A stretch of DNA of 64,000 bases from an uncultured Chloroflexia bacterium (GTDB taxonomy: Bacteria; Chloroflexota; Limnocylindria; Limnocylindrales; CSP1-4), in contig CAVPPB010000003.1 in NCBI GenBank assembly GCA_963707215.1, positions 736,001-800,000 on the forward strand, in the 5' to 3' direction. The notes beneath the pieces were generated by a model, which saw only the letters and a program-made list of their open reading frames with translations, did not search any database and was not told the origin of the DNA. Positions 26,389-40,961 of the stretch are shown here, in pieces. Both the position numbers and the translations under genes were made by a program. The stretch's first letter is position 1, and every line of letters starts with the position of its first letter.

Positions 26389-27731
26389 GAGGGGGCCGGG
26401 ATCCGCTCAGGCGGCGGCACCGGGCGGTCATCCGGAGCCGGCAATTCCTCCCGCCGGGTCGGATCCACCGGGACCAGCATGACGGCCCCGATGACGTAGC
26501 AGATGGCGCCCACGACGAGCGCCGCACGCGGGCCGACCCCTTCGCCGTAGGCGACATTGACAGGATCCATGACCAACGAGCCGGCGACGGCGATCGCGAC
26601 GAGCCCCGAGGACGCGGTCGCGACGTTGCTGAGGCCCATGTACCGGCCGGATGCTGCCTTGGGGATGATATCGGTCATCAGGGCCCAGTCGACGGCCACG
26701 AAGGCGCCGCTCCCGACCCCCATGAGCACGGCGCCGATGAGGGCCACCGGGACGACCTCGGCGGCCGCGAGAACGGCCAGGCCAGCGGCTCCCAGCGCGC
26801 AGGCGCCGTAGATGACCCGCTTCCGGCCGATCCGGTCAGAGAGACGCGCGGCGGGGACGACAGCGAGACCCGTGGCGACCAGCGCAGCAGCGAGGATGCC
26901 GATCGTGACGGCGCCGGTGGCCGTGCTATCGAGCCCGAGGCTCTGGGGGATGTAGAAGTCCTTCAGGCCGAGAAGCACGCCGCCACCCATGAGGACGAAG
27001 AACCGCGAGAGGACGAGGAAGAGGAAGCTCCGCTCGCGAAGGATGTCCGCGCCCCAGGCTTCGCGGGCGATGGCCACCCACGAGCGACCGCCGCGATCAC
27101 GGGCGGGTCTACCGTCGTCGACACGGATCACGACGCTGAGCATCGTCAGCAGCTCGAGGGCACCGAGCGAGATCGTCGCCCAGAAGAAGGCGTCGGGCGT
27201 CGTCGCCCACAGGGCGATCGCCAGCGCGGCGATGCCGTAGCCAGCGACATTGCCGATGATCTGGAACAGGCCCACGAGGGAGGATGCGAGGCCGACCTGG
27301 GGCGCCGGAACGAGGTCCGGCACGTAGCCCTGGAACGGACCCTGGGCGAAGTTCGAGCTCACCTGGAGCAGGGCGACGAACGCGGCGATGGAGACGACGG
27401 TGTTCGAGCTGGCGATGCCGACGAGGAAGACGACGTCGAGCACGGTGCCGATGACGATGTACGGCTTGCGCCGGCCCCAGCGCGTGATCGTGTAGTCGCT
27501 GAGCGTGCCGACCGTCGGCTGGATGACCATGGCGATGACGACCCCGAGCGCGGTCATCCGGAACAACGCGCCAGCCTGGTCTCCGACCGGGGCAAGCTCC
27601 TCCCACTGGATCCGACCGGCAAGGATCCCGGAGATGCCGGACATGACCGCGACCAGGCCCAACCAGTAGAGCGACAGGCGGATCAGCTGGAGCACGGGCA
27701 GCGGCTTCGTCGGGCGGCCGTCTCCCGCCAT
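26385..27731 (-). CDS. MFS transporter
   Basis: GTLSDYTITRWGRRKPY and LSDRIGRK motif-A copies; about 12 TM segments. Confidence 0.9.
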   Translation of the reverse strand: MAGDGRPTKPLPVLQLIRLSLYWLGLVAVMSGISGILAGRIQWEELAPVGDQAGALFRMTALGVVIAMVIQPTVGTLSDYTITRWGRRKPYIVIGTVLDVVFLVGIASSNTVVSIAAFVALLQVSSNFAQGPFQGYVPDLVPAPQVGLASSLVGLFQIIGNVAGYGIAALAIALWATTPDAFFWATISLGALELLTMLSVVIRVDDGRPARDRGGRSWVAIAREAWGADILRERSFLFLVLSRFFVLMGGGVLLGLKDFYIPQSLGLDSTATGAVTIGILAAALVATGLAVVPAARLSDRIGRKRVIYGACALGAAGLAVLAAAEVVPVALIGAVLMGVGSGAFVAVDWALMTDIIPKAASGRYMGLSNVATASSGLVAIAVAGSLVMDPVNVAYGEGVGPRAALVVGAICYVIGAVMLVPVDPTRREELPAPDDRPVPPPERIPAPS

Positions 27732-27822
27732 CGTCGCTCCGGCCTCGCTCAACTCGGCATCCCCTCTGGCCCTCTGACGCAGCGGCTCGGGTGGCGTTGC
27801 AGCACGACGCGGTACGGGCTCG

Positions 27823-28518
27823 TCAGGCGGCCACGGTTCGACGGAGCGGCACGAGCCGGCGGTCCCGGGCCCCGGGCGCCGCGAAACGGAACAGCGACCG
27901 ATCCAGCGAATAGAGCCCGGTCGAGACGACCCGGATGCCGCCGAGGCGGAAGCTGAAGACGGGGTTCTCGCCGTTGCCGGCGTACGTCCAGGGGATCCCG
28001 TCGGCCGCCAGCAGGGCGAAGTTGGCCTGCCCGCCGAACGTGTCGTGGAGGGCGCCAAGGAGGTGCGGCACGGGCTCGTCGAACGACCAGGCGTCCTCGA
28101 GCCAGCGGGCGCCGACCTCCGAATCGGCCCGACCGACGATCCGGCCCTGGGCCTGGTAGCGGCGCCGCCAGGCGCGCCAGTCGCCCAGGTCGCCGTTGTG
28201 GCCGAAGACGAACCGCCTGGCCGGATCCACGAACGGTTGCGTGTCCGCCTCGCCGAGCGTGGACAGCCGGGACGGCCGCCGGAGATGGACGAGGAGGGCG
28301 GTCGTCTCGGTCGCCCCGACGGCGTCGCGACCGGCGGCGTCGTCGCGGAACGCCCCGACATCGCGGTGGACGGCCAGCGGGGCGGACGGGTCGCCGGTCA
28401 GCCAGGCCGCGCCCCAGCCGAACCCGGCCAGGCCCCAGCGCTCGACCCGCTCGGCGAACGGCCAGAGCTCGTCGACCCGGAAGGGCTCGTCGGCGCGGGC
28501 GACGAAGTGCTCGCACAT
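27823..28518 (-). CDS. stand-alone class II glutamine amidotransferase (EgtC/YafJ-like Ntn hydrolase)
   Basis: N-terminal Met-Cys, GWG, HLR, QPF, FGHNG, DSE. Confidence 0.8.
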   Translation of the reverse strand: MCEHFVARADEPFRVDELWPFAERVERWGLAGFGWGAAWLTGDPSAPLAVHRDVGAFRDDAAGRDAVGATETTALLVHLRRPSRLSTLGEADTQPFVDPARRFVFGHNGDLGDWRAWRRRYQAQGRIVGRADSEVGARWLEDAWSFDEPVPHLLGALHDTFGGQANFALLAADGIPWTYAGNGENPVFSFRLGGIRVVSTGLYSLDRSLFRFAAPGARDRRLVPLRRTVAA

Positions 28519-28537
28519 CGCCGGCGATGATACGGCC

Positions 28538-28812
28538 TCAGCTGCGCCGGACGACGCGCTCCCACTCCGGGAAGTAGCGCCCGATGTCCGGCAGGTCGAA
28601 GGCCCGCAGGATCGACTCCTTCGGCTCGCGCTGGAGCAGGAACTCGAACGAACGACGGACCAGGGCGGTCGGGTCGGCCGAGCCCGGCTCCAGCCGGGCC
28701 ACCTCGCCGGGGTCGACGCCGACGACGTGCTCGGTGGTGGTCGCTCCCTCGGTCACGGTCACCCGGCAGACCCAGCGGGTCCCCTCCGGTTCGCAGCGGA
28801 CGTCGATCCCGG

Positions 28813-28816
<4 letters not shown>
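28538..28816 (-). CDS. small hypothetical protein (SFEFLLxREP...SIL..FDL..I.RYFP)
   Basis: ATGA overlap with the metH stop; natural-looking 92-aa globular sequence. Confidence 0.75.
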
Positions 28817-32528
<3,712 letters not shown>

Positions 32529-32532
<4 letters not shown>

Positions 32533-34469
32533 CGCTCGGCCACCACGGCCACGGGCACGGTAGCCCGGATCCGCCGGACCACCTCGGCCGCCTGCTCGTA
32601 GCGACCGAAGCTCGGCATGAGATACGTCCCGGCGACCTCGCCGCGGACCGCCTCGACGAGGTCGAGGGCCAGCTCGACGCCGACGGCCGCCCCGCGATCG
32701 CCCGCCCCGGCCATGGCGACCCGGGCCGCCTCGGGGACCGTGATCCCCGGCACCTCGTTGTGGAGGAACTCGGCGTGGCGGGCGCTCTGCAGGGGGAGGA
32801 TCCCCAGCAGGACCGGCACCGGGATCCCGCCCGGCCCGAAGCGCCGCCGGGCCTCGGCCAGCATCGCCTCCACCTGGGCGACGTCGTAGAGCGGCTGGGT
32901 CATGACGAGGTGGGCGCCGGCGGCCAGCTTGCGCTCGAGGCGGTCCCACTCGGTCGCCGCGTCGGCGGCCGTCGGGTCCAGGGCGCAGGCGATCGTGAAG
33001 CCGGCCCGCTGGCCGATCGGCGTGCCGGCCTGGTCCTCCCCGGCGTCGAGGCGGGCCAGGATCTCGATGAGGCCGATCGAGTCGACGTCCCAGACGCCGG
33101 TCCCGGTCGGGTAGTCGCCGACGTGGGGCGGATCGCCGGTCAGCGCCAGGATGTTGCGGACGCCGAGCGCATGAGCGCCGAGGAGCTCCGATTCGAGGGC
33201 CATCAGGTTGCGATCGCGGGTGGTCACGTGGACGACGGTCTCGAGCCCGACGTCCCGCTGGATCGCGAAGGCCACGGCCAGGGCGCCCATCCGGACCCGG
33301 GCCATCGCCGAGTCGCTGATGTTGACCACGTCCGCGCCGGCGTCCCGGAGGAGGCGGGCCGCCTCCAGCGTCCGGTCCATGCGGATCGAGCGTGGCGGGT
33401 CGATCTCCACGGACACCACGAAGCGCCCGTCGGCGAGGGCGCTGGCCAGCTTCGTCGGTGGCGGTGGGGCCCCGGTCCCGTCCTCGACCGGTTCGACCGG
33501 GGTGGCCCGCGGCGGCGGAGAGCCGACCGACGCCGGGTGGGCCCCTGTGACCTCTGCTGCGGCGGCCACCGGCGCGGCGGCCCCGGACCGGTCGGCGTCG
33601 AGGGCGGCGCGCATGGCCGCCACGTGAGCCGGCGTCGTCCCGCAGCAGCCGCCGACGAGGGCCGCGCCGGCCGCCACGAAGGTCCCGGTCATCGAGGCGA
33701 GGTACTCCGGGCCGGCGGCGTAGAGGAAGCGGCCCTCGACCCGCTGGGGAAGACCGGCGTTCGGCATGATCGAGCGGGCCAGGCCAGGCCCGGCCATCCG
33801 GTCCAGCGCGTCGAGGCAGGCGATCGGCCCGACCCCGCAGTTGACGCCGATGACGTCGACGTCGGCGCCAGCCAGGGCGGCGGCGGCGACCTCGGGCGTC
33901 GAGCCGTCACCGGCGACCAGCTCCTCGCCGAACGTCATCTCGGCCACGATCGGCAGCGCGCAGGCCGCCCGGATCTCGGCGATCGCCGCCAGCAGGTGCC
34001 CCAGATCGAAGAACGTCTCGACGACGAACAGGTCGACCCCGCCCTCCAGCAGGCCCTCGACCTGCTCGCGATAGGTGGCCCGGACGTCGGTCTCGGCGAG
34101 GTGGGCAAGCTCCCGGGTCGGCGCCCCGAGCGGCCCCACGGAGCCGGCCACCAGGACGTCGCGCCCACTGACCTCGCGGGCGTCCCGGGCCAGGCGCGCG
34201 GCTCGGCGGTTGAGCCGTCCTGCTTCGGTGCCCAGGCCCCAGCCGTCCAGCCGATGCCGGTTGGCCCCGAAGCTGAGGGTCTCGATGAGCTCGGCGCCGG
34301 CCTCGAGGTACTCGCGGTGGAGGGTCGACACCAGCTCGGGGCGCGAGGAGACGAGCTCGTCGAGGCAGGCCCGCTGGGGGATGCCACGGCTGAACAGGAG
34401 CGTGCCCATGCCGCCGTCGGCGAGCAGCGGCCCCCGGCCCAGTCGCGCTGCGAATGCCGCCCGTTCCAT
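32529..34469 (-). CDS. yitJ: bifunctional homocysteine S-methyltransferase / methylenetetrahydrofolate reductase
   Basis: ADGGMGT, GVNC, GGCCGT, then MTHFR motifs [29 protein letters not shown]. Confidence 0.92.
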
Positions 34470-34501
34470 ACCCGACAGGGTAGCCCTCCGGGCGTGCCCG
34501 G

Positions 34502-35314
34502 TCACCGGTGCTGGCAGCCCGGGCACCAGGTCGTGACGCGCGGCAGGTCCCCGTGCCTCCGGCTCACCAGGCGGCTGTCGCAGCGTCGGCACGGTCGACC
34601 GGTCCTGCCGTACACCCACAGGGGGCCCACCCGGCGGCGGGCGGCCCCGGTGGTCACCCGCTCGGGACCTGCGGCCCGGCTGGCGTAGGCGACGAGCAGC
34701 GAGCGGGCGGTCGCGACCAGTCGCTCCAGCGTCGCATCGTCGAGCTCCCCGACCGCTGCGAACGGGTGGACCCGCTCGATGAACAGGACCTCGCTCTTGT
34801 AGACGTTGCCGATCCCGGCCAGGGCCCGCTGATCCACGATAGCCTCGGCGATGGGCAAGCCGGTCCGCGAGGGCGCCCGGAAGCGTCGGATCGCCTCCCC
34901 GGGGTCGAAGGCCGGATCGAGGAGATCCGGACCCAGGGCCGCGAGGACCGGATGGAGCGGCTCGGTCCGGGACTCCAGCAGCTCGACGACGGGCGCGTCG
35001 AAGCAGACCGCGATGGCGCCCGGGACCTCGATGACGAGGCGAGCGCGAGCGGGCGCCCGACGCCATCGCTCGCCCGGTCGGTAGCGGTGCCACGAGCCGT
35101 GCATCCCCAGGTGGGTCCGCAGCTCCAGGCCCGAGTCGAACCGGATGAGCAGGTGCTTGCCGCGCGTCTCGACGGACTCGACCCGGGCGCCGACGAGGCC
35201 GTCGACCCGCGGCAGGGCACCGGGCCCGGCAGCCCGGGCTGCGAGCACCTCTCGGCCGACGAGGTGCGGCCGGAGTCCGGCCGCCGTCCGGGCGAGGGTG
35301 TCGCCCTCGGGCAC
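34502..35314 (-). CDS. nei: Fpg/Nei family DNA glycosylase/AP lyase
   Basis: N-terminal PEG, GKHL, HLGMHG, H2TH AGIGNVY, zinc finger CRRC...WCPGCQ. Confidence 0.93.
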   Translation of the reverse strand: MPEGDTLARTAAGLRPHLVGREVLAARAAGPGALPRVDGLVGARVESVETRGKHLLIRFDSGLELRTHLGMHGSWHRYRPGERWRRAPARARLVIEVPGAIAVCFDAPVVELLESRTEPLHPVLAALGPDLLDPAFDPGEAIRRFRAPSRTGLPIAEAIVDQRALAGIGNVYKSEVLFIERVHPFAAVGELDDATLERLVATARSLLVAYASRAAGPERVTTGAARRRVGPLWVYGRTGRPCRRCDSRLVSRRHGDLPRVTTWCPGCQHR

Positions 35315-35316
35315 GA

Positions 35317-38300
35317 TCAGGTCCGGCCGGTGGCGCCCGGTCGGTCCGAGCGGACGGGACCGGTGCGGCCCGGAGCGCGGGCACCGCCGAGGACCAGCCC
35401 GCGGTACCCGGCGGCGAAGCCTGCCGCCAGCAGGGCGGGCCGCCAGGAAGTGATCGCCACCGGCTCCCCGTCGACGCGGACGATGACCAGCTCCCGCACC
35501 CGCGAGGACGTCACCAGCTCACCGAGGGCGCGCAGCGCGAGGTCGGCGGCACCGGCATCAGCCGCGGCCGGCAGCATCCGCAGCGAGCGTCCCCCGCGCT
35601 CGAGATAGGCGACCGGCTGTCCCTCGACGAGCGCGACGTACGCACCGGCTGCCCGGGCCAGGGGATGTCGGTCGGCCTCGCCGTTGCGCGGCCACGGGAC
35701 CGCCGAGCCGTAGGCGTTGGCCGGGTCGGTGGCGGCCAGGAGGTCGACCCGAGCCTCACCAGGCACCGGCTCGCGCAGGCTCCGGAGCCGATCGAGGGCC
35801 CCGGGCAGGGCGAACTGGGCGGCTCCCAGGCCGTCGACGAAGTACCCGCGGCGGATGCGACCGGCCTCCTCCATCGAGCGGAGCACGGTGTAGGCGGCCG
35901 TGAAACCGCCCTCGACCCCCTCGGCGACGACCGCGTCGCGGGTCACGACGCCGTGCCGTTCCAGCAGGGTCGTCGCGATGAGATGGGCATGCTCCGTGGC
36001 GGCCCGCAGGGCATCGCGGGCCGTTGCCTGGTCCGGGCGGTCGACGAGCGACCAGCGGCCGGCGGCCTCGGGCGGACCGAGCCCGGTCAGTCGCCCCGGG
36101 CGCGGCCGTCGGTCGCGCCGCGGTGGGCGCTTCCAGCGCAGGGCGCGGAGCGGCGCGAAGGTGTCGTTGGAGACCTCTCCGGCCCAGACCAGGTCCCAGA
36201 GCGCGTCGAGGACCTCCCGGTCCGCTCCCCCCAGGCCCGAGGCAAGGTCGCGGTAGAACGAGGCTCCGCGACGGGCCAGCCGGTCGCGTAGCGCTTCATG
36301 GAGCACGCCGTCGGGTCCGTCGTCCGTCGGACGCGCCCCGAGGGCCTCCCGTCCCGGACGGACCAGGACGACCCGGCCGTCGTCGCGGCCCAGGCTCCCC
36401 CGCCCCACCCAGGCGACCTCGCCCATCGCGCCCAGCTCGTCGAGGAGCCTCGGCTGGTAGCCCGGGACCCGGACCGGCAGGACGTCGCGCTCCAGGACCG
36501 AGGCCGGGATCGGCAGGCCGACCAGCTGATCGACCACTTCGGCCAGCCGCTCGAGGGCGCCCAGATCCCGCATCGGCGGTCGGGCGACGCCGACAGCGGC
36601 TACCCCGTGCCACTCTGGAAGGAAGCGGGCCAGCGCGCTCGGATCGACCGGCTCGACCTCGCGGCGGAGGCGAGCGAGCGAGCGGCGGCGGAGCCGCCGG
36701 AGGACGTCCTGGTCACACCACTCCCGCTCGGCACCGCCGGGGCGGAACTCACCCCGCAGGATCGCCCCGCGCTCCATCAGGCGCTCGAGGGCGGTCTCGA
36801 CGACGCCGGAGGGCAGGTTCCAGCGACGGGCCGGCTCCTCGGCCAGGAACGGCCCGTGCGACCGGGCCCAGCGGGCGAGCAGGCCACCCAGCGGATCGGC
36901 GACGGGGACCAGGAACGCGGCCGGCGTACCGACCGGGGGCTGCACCCCGACCGCGTCCCGATAGCGGGCGACATCCTCGATGGCGATCCATCGCTCGTCG
37001 CCGGCGATCCGGACGCGGACCGCCCGGCGGCCTTCCTCCAGCGCAGCAGCCCATCCAGCGGCATCGGCCGGCGCGCCATCGCAGCGGGCCACGAGCTCGT
37101 CGGCCGACAGGTCGCCGAGCCGGCGCAGGAGATCGTGGACGCCGTCGACCCCGCTCGCCCGCCGGTCCTCGTCCAGCGCCTGGAGCGACAGCTCCAGGTC
37201 GGCCAGGGCTTCCGGGTCGAGCAGCTCGCGGAGCTCCTCCTGGCCCAGCAGCTCCCGCAGGAGATCACGGTCGAGGGTCAGCGCCTGGGCCCGCCGCTCC
37301 GCCAGCGGCGCGTCCCCGTCGTACATGTACGCCGCGACGTAGTCGAAGAGGAGGGAGCTGGCGAACGGCGACGCCCGGGGCGTCTCCACCGAGTGGACGG
37401 CGATCTCGCGTCGACCGATGCCACCGAGGACCTCGCGCAGCGCCGGCAGGTCGAAGACGTCGGCCAGGCACTCGCGATACGTCTCCACGAGGATCGGGAA
37501 GCTCCCGTACCTGCTGGCCACGGCCAGCAGGTCGGCGGCCCGCTGGCGCTGCTGCCAGAGCGGCGTCCGGGTGCCCGGACGACGGCGCGGCAGGAGCAGC
37601 GCCCGAGCGGCGTTCTCGCGGAACCGGGCCGCGAAGAGGGCGCTGTCGGCAACCTGGCCGACGACCAGGTCCTCGATCTCGTCGGGGTCGGGGAAGAGCA
37701 ACGCCTCCACGCCGTCGACATCGCCCTCCGGAAGGCGGACGGCGATCCCGTCGTCGGACCAGATCGTCTGGACCTCGGTACCCAGGTGCTCGGCCAGGCG
37801 GCGCTCGATGGCCAGCGTCCACGGCGCGTGGACACGCCCGCCGAAGGGCGTCAGGAGCGTCAACCGCCAGTCGCCGAGCTCGTCGCGGAACCGCTCGACG
37901 ACGATCCGCCGGTCGGTCGGCAGGGCCCCCGTGGCCTCGCGCTCGTCCTCCAGGTAGGCGACCAGGTTCTCGGCCGCCAGCTCGTCGAGGTCGTGACGCT
38001 CGCGCAGCCGTCGGAGGGTCGCGGTCCGGCCGCGAGCTCCACGGCCGAGATCGTCCTCGACCTCGCGCACGAAGCCGCCGATCGCTCGACCCAGCTCGAT
38101 CGGCCGGCCGACAGCGTCGCCGTGCCAGAACGGCAGCTTGCCGGGTTGGCCGGGCGCCGGGCTGACGATCACCCGGTCGTGGGTGATCTCCTCGATCCGC
38201 CAGGCGCTCGCGCCGAGGGTGATCACCTCGCCGGCCCGGCTCTCGTAGACCATCTCCTCGTCGAGCTCGCCCACCCGTCGACCGGGCGTGCCGGGCTCGC

Positions 38301-39936
38301 CGACCATGAAGACCCCGTAGAGGCCTCTGTCGGGGATGGTCCCGCCGCTCGTGACCGCGACGACCCGGGCGTCGCGGCGGCCCTCGACGACGTCGGTCAC
38401 CCGGTCCCAGACGACCCGGGGCCTGAGCTCGGCGAACTCGTCGGACGGGTAGGCCCCGGCCAGCATCCCCAGGACCCCGACCAGGACGTCGCGCGAGAGG
38501 GTCTCGAAGGGTGCAGCCCGGGTCACCGTCCCGAGCAGCTCGTCGACGGTCCAGCGGTCCATGACGGTCATCGCGACGAGCTGCTGGGCCAGCACGTCGA
38601 GGGGGTTCCGAGGGACGACGGTCTCCTCGACCGCGCCGGCGTGCATGCGCTCGGCGACCACCGCCGCCTCGAGGAGGTCGCCGCGGTATTTGGGGAAGAC
38701 GACGCCCTTCGACGGGGCGCCGACCTGGTGACCGGCCCGGCCGATGCGCTGGAGCCCCGACGCGACCGAGGTCGGCGCCTCGACCTGGATGACGAGGTCG
38801 ACGGCGCCCATGTCGATGCCCAGCTCGAGACTCGAGGTCGCCACGAGGGCCGGCAGCCGGCCCGCCTTGAGCTCCTCCTCGATGGCGAGGCGCTGCTCAC
38901 GGGCGATCGAGCCGTGATGGGCCCGGACCAGCTCCTCCCCGGCCAGCTCGTTGAGCCGCTGGGCGAGCCGCTCGGCAAGCCGGCGACTGTTCGTGAAGAC
39001 GATCGTGCTCCGATGGCCCCGGATCAGCTCGAGGATCCGGGGATGGATCGCCGGCCAGATGCTGGTCCGCGGCTCTCCCGCGGTGGCGGGACCCCCGGGC
39101 TGCTCCTCGAGGGGGATCGGTTCTCCGATCCGCGAAAGGTCCTCGACCGGAACGATGACCCGAAGGTCCAGTTCCTTGCGCGTGCCGGCGTCGACGATCT
39201 CCACCTCGCGCCCCGGGCCGACGCCGCCGAGGAACCGGGCGATCGTCTCGAGGGGGCGCTGGGTCGCCGACAGGCCGATCCGCTGCGGCGGCCGCGCGCC
39301 GTCAGGCCGGAGCCGCTCGAGCCGCTCGAGGCTCAGGGCCAGGTGGGAACCGCGCTTCGTCCCGGCGATGGCATGCACTTCGTCGACGACGACCTGCTCA
39401 ACCCCGGCCAGGATCGACCGGGCCTGGCTGGTCAGGAGGAGGTACAGCGATTCCGGCGTCGTGACCAGGATGTCGGGGGGACGGCGGGCGAGCTGGCGGC
39501 GATCCTCGGCCGGGGTGTCGCCGGTCCTCGAGCCGATGGTGATGACCGGGACGGGCTCGCCCAGGCGCTCCGCCGCGAGGGCGATGCCGGCCAGTGGCGC
39601 TCGGAGGTTCCGCTCGACGTCGTAGGCCAGGGCCTTCAGCGGCGAGACGTAGAGGACGCGGACCGATCCGGGCTGACCCCGGCCGGGCGTCGGCGACGGC
39701 GAGCCGGCGAGGCGGTCGAGACACCAGAGGAAGGCGGCGAGGGTCTTGCCGCTGCCGGTCGGCGCGTGGATCAGCGTGTGGCGACCGTCAGCGATCGCCG
39801 CCCAGCCGCGCGCCTGCGCCTCGGTGGGCTCGTGGAACGACGCCTCGAACCAGGCCCGGACCGGCGGCGAGAAGCGGGCCAGGGGATCGGTCGGGCGGGA
39901 TGGCCGCGAGTGGCGATCGGACGGGTCGGCGGTCAC
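35317..39936 (-). CDS. lhr: full-length Lhr helicase with C-terminal glycosylase-like domain
   Basis: APTGSGKT, DEVH, SAT, HHGS, SSLELGID, QRIGRAGH, GGTIPDRG, GELDEEMVYE; CTD RRGYFV.GLG..QFA and DPAN.YG. Confidence 0.95.
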   Translation of the reverse strand: MTADPSDRHSRPSRPTDPLARFSPPVRAWFEASFHEPTEAQARGWAAIADGRHTLIHAPTGSGKTLAAFLWCLDRLAGSPSPTPGRGQPGSVRVLYVSPLKALAYDVERNLRAPLAGIALAAERLGEPVPVITIGSRTGDTPAEDRRQLARRPPDILVTTPESLYLLLTSQARSILAGVEQVVVDEVHAIAGTKRGSHLALSLERLERLRPDGARPPQRIGLSATQRPLETIARFLGGVGPGREVEIVDAGTRKELDLRVIVPVEDLSRIGEPIPLEEQPGGPATAGEPRTSIWPAIHPRILELIRGHRSTIVFTNSRRLAERLAQRLNELAGEELVRAHHGSIAREQRLAIEEELKAGRLPALVATSSLELGIDMGAVDLVIQVEAPTSVASGLQRIGRAGHQVGAPSKGVVFPKYRGDLLEAAVVAERMHAGAVEETVVPRNPLDVLAQQLVAMTVMDRWTVDELLGTVTRAAPFETLSRDVLVGVLGMLAGAYPSDEFAELRPRVVWDRVTDVVEGRRDARVVAVTSGGTIPDRGLYGVFMVGEPGTPGRRVGELDEEMVYESRAGEVITLGASAWRIEEITHDRVIVSPAPGQPGKLPFWHGDAVGRPIELGRAIGGFVREVEDDLGRGARGRTATLRRLRERHDLDELAAENLVAYLEDEREATGALPTDRRIVVERFRDELGDWRLTLLTPFGGRVHAPWTLAIERRLAEHLGTEVQTIWSDDGIAVRLPEGDVDGVEALLFPDPDEIEDLVVGQVADSALFAARFRENAARALLLPRRRPGTRTPLWQQRQRAADLLAVASRYGSFPILVETYRECLADVFDLPALREVLGGIGRREIAVHSVETPRASPFASSLLFDYVAAYMYDGDAPLAERRAQALTLDRDLLRELLGQEELRELLDPEALADLELSLQALDEDRRASGVDGVHDLLRRLGDLSADELVARCDGAPADAAGWAAALEEGRRAVRVRIAGDERWIAIEDVARYRDAVGVQPPVGTPAAFLVPVADPLGGLLARWARSHGPFLAEEPARRWNLPSGVVETALERLMERGAILRGEFRPGGAEREWCDQDVLRRLRRRSLARLRREVEPVDPSALARFLPEWHGVAAVGVARPPMRDLGALERLAEVVDQLVGLPIPASVLERDVLPVRVPGYQPRLLDELGAMGEVAWVGRGSLGRDDGRVVLVRPGREALGARPTDDGPDGVLHEALRDRLARRGASFYRDLASGLGGADREVLDALWDLVWAGEVSNDTFAPLRALRWKRPPRRDRRPRPGRLTGLGPPEAAGRWSLVDRPDQATARDALRAATEHAHLIATTLLERHGVVTRDAVVAEGVEGGFTAAYTVLRSMEEAGRIRRGYFVDGLGAAQFALPGALDRLRSLREPVPGEARVDLLAATDPANAYGSAVPWPRNGEADRHPLARAAGAYVALVEGQPVAYLERGGRSLRMLPAAADAGAADLALRALGELVTSSRVRELVIVRVDGEPVAITSWRPALLAAGFAAGYRGLVLGGARAPGRTGPVRSDRPGATGRT

Positions 39937-39968
39937 GGGACCGCGAGTATAGGCCCGTCGGCTGAATC

Positions 39969-39982
39969 AGAACAGATGGTCG
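39969..39982. promoter_or_regulatory. candidate LexA (SOS) box AGAAC-AGAT-GGTCG overlapping the -35 region of the lhr promoter
   Basis: One mismatch to the GAAC-N4-GTTC core; 17 nt from the minus-strand -10 TATACT (39946-39951). Confidence 0.55.
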
Positions 39983-40054
39983 ATATCGCAGGCCCAGGCC
40001 CACCTCAGGGCAGGCGCGGCGCGATCGCACCGGCGCGCAGGCCCCCCTGACGCG

Positions 40055-40092
40055 CGTTGCCCGTCCACGCAAGTCTTGCGCAGACGGGCAAC
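40055..40092. terminator. strong hairpin (terminator or REP-like) downstream of the DoxX gene
   Basis: GTTGCCCGTC..CGCAAG-T-CTTGCG..GACGGGCAAC inverted repeat. Confidence 0.5.
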
Positions 40093-40142
40093 CGTATGCG
40101 GGGCCCGGGAGCCCCAGGGAGGGCGCGGGCTGCCCCCGGACG

Positions 40143-40733
40143 TCAGGCGGCCGGGGTGGCCGAAGCGGTCGGGATGAGACCTTCCGGGGTGGCCGGATCA
40201 CCGGACATCAGGTACCGCCGGACGGAGCCCGGACCGATCTGCTCGGCCAGGATGCCGTCGATGCCGAAGTACTTCCCGGCGCCCAAGCCGGCGATCGTCG
40301 CGCAGATCAGGGCGTAGGTCAGGTGCTGGTTCGCGACGCCGTAGGCGAAGTCCCAGGCCGCGACGAAGAAGAACAGCATCATCACCGTGCCCATCGCCGC
40401 CCCGAACCGGGTGAGCAGGCCCAGGATGAGCGAAACGCCGATGCCGATCTGGCCGAGCGGCACGAGCCAGTCGATGACCGTGCTCGCCGCCTCGTTGCCG
40501 GCCAGCGCGACCCAGAAGCCCTGCGTCGGGTTGAAGCACTGGCCCTCGGCCACCTCGGACACGAACGGCCAGCCCAGCGAGCCGCAGGTGCCGAACTCCA
40601 GGAAACCGGCGGCACTCCAGGTCCCCAGGCCGACGCCGATGGCCTTCTCCAGACCGGCCCACAGGAAGACGATGCCGACGACGACCCGGAGCAGCGCGAC
40701 GCCGATCCGGTGGTAGCGCTTGTAGATGATCAT
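40143..40733 (-). CDS. DoxX family membrane protein (TQO small-subunit-like)
   Basis: LLRVVVG..FLWAGLEK, IGVSLILGLLTR, GAGKYFGID. Confidence 0.85.
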   Translation of the reverse strand: MIIYKRYHRIGVALLRVVVGIVFLWAGLEKAIGVGLGTWSAAGFLEFGTCGSLGWPFVSEVAEGQCFNPTQGFWVALAGNEAASTVIDWLVPLGQIGIGVSLILGLLTRFGAAMGTVMMLFFFVAAWDFAYGVANQHLTYALICATIAGLGAGKYFGIDGILAEQIGPGSVRRYLMSGDPATPEGLIPTASATPAA

Positions 40734-40961
40734 CTAGGGTGGTTCTCCTGCTCTGATCAGACCACGACCGCTCGGGCGGGTCGTGCCGGCGGCGTTCGCC
40801 GGGCATGCGAAAGGGCGACGCCCGCTCCCCCCAAGGGCGATCGCCATGATCCGTCCGGGACGTTCGGATGAACGTCCGGGGTTCCTTCGAGCCCCGAACC
40901 GGCCTCCATCCGGTCGTGCTGCCCGATCGAAATGGGACGCCGGATCGGGCCGTCGGCACGC

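Noticed and set aside
27823-28518. Ergothioneine biosynthesis cluster (egtC)
   Set aside because: No egtA/B/D/E nearby; left as an orphan class II amidotransferase.
34470-34501. SAM or B12 riboswitch upstream of yitJ-metH
   Set aside because: The gap is only 32 nt and holds a leaderless -10.
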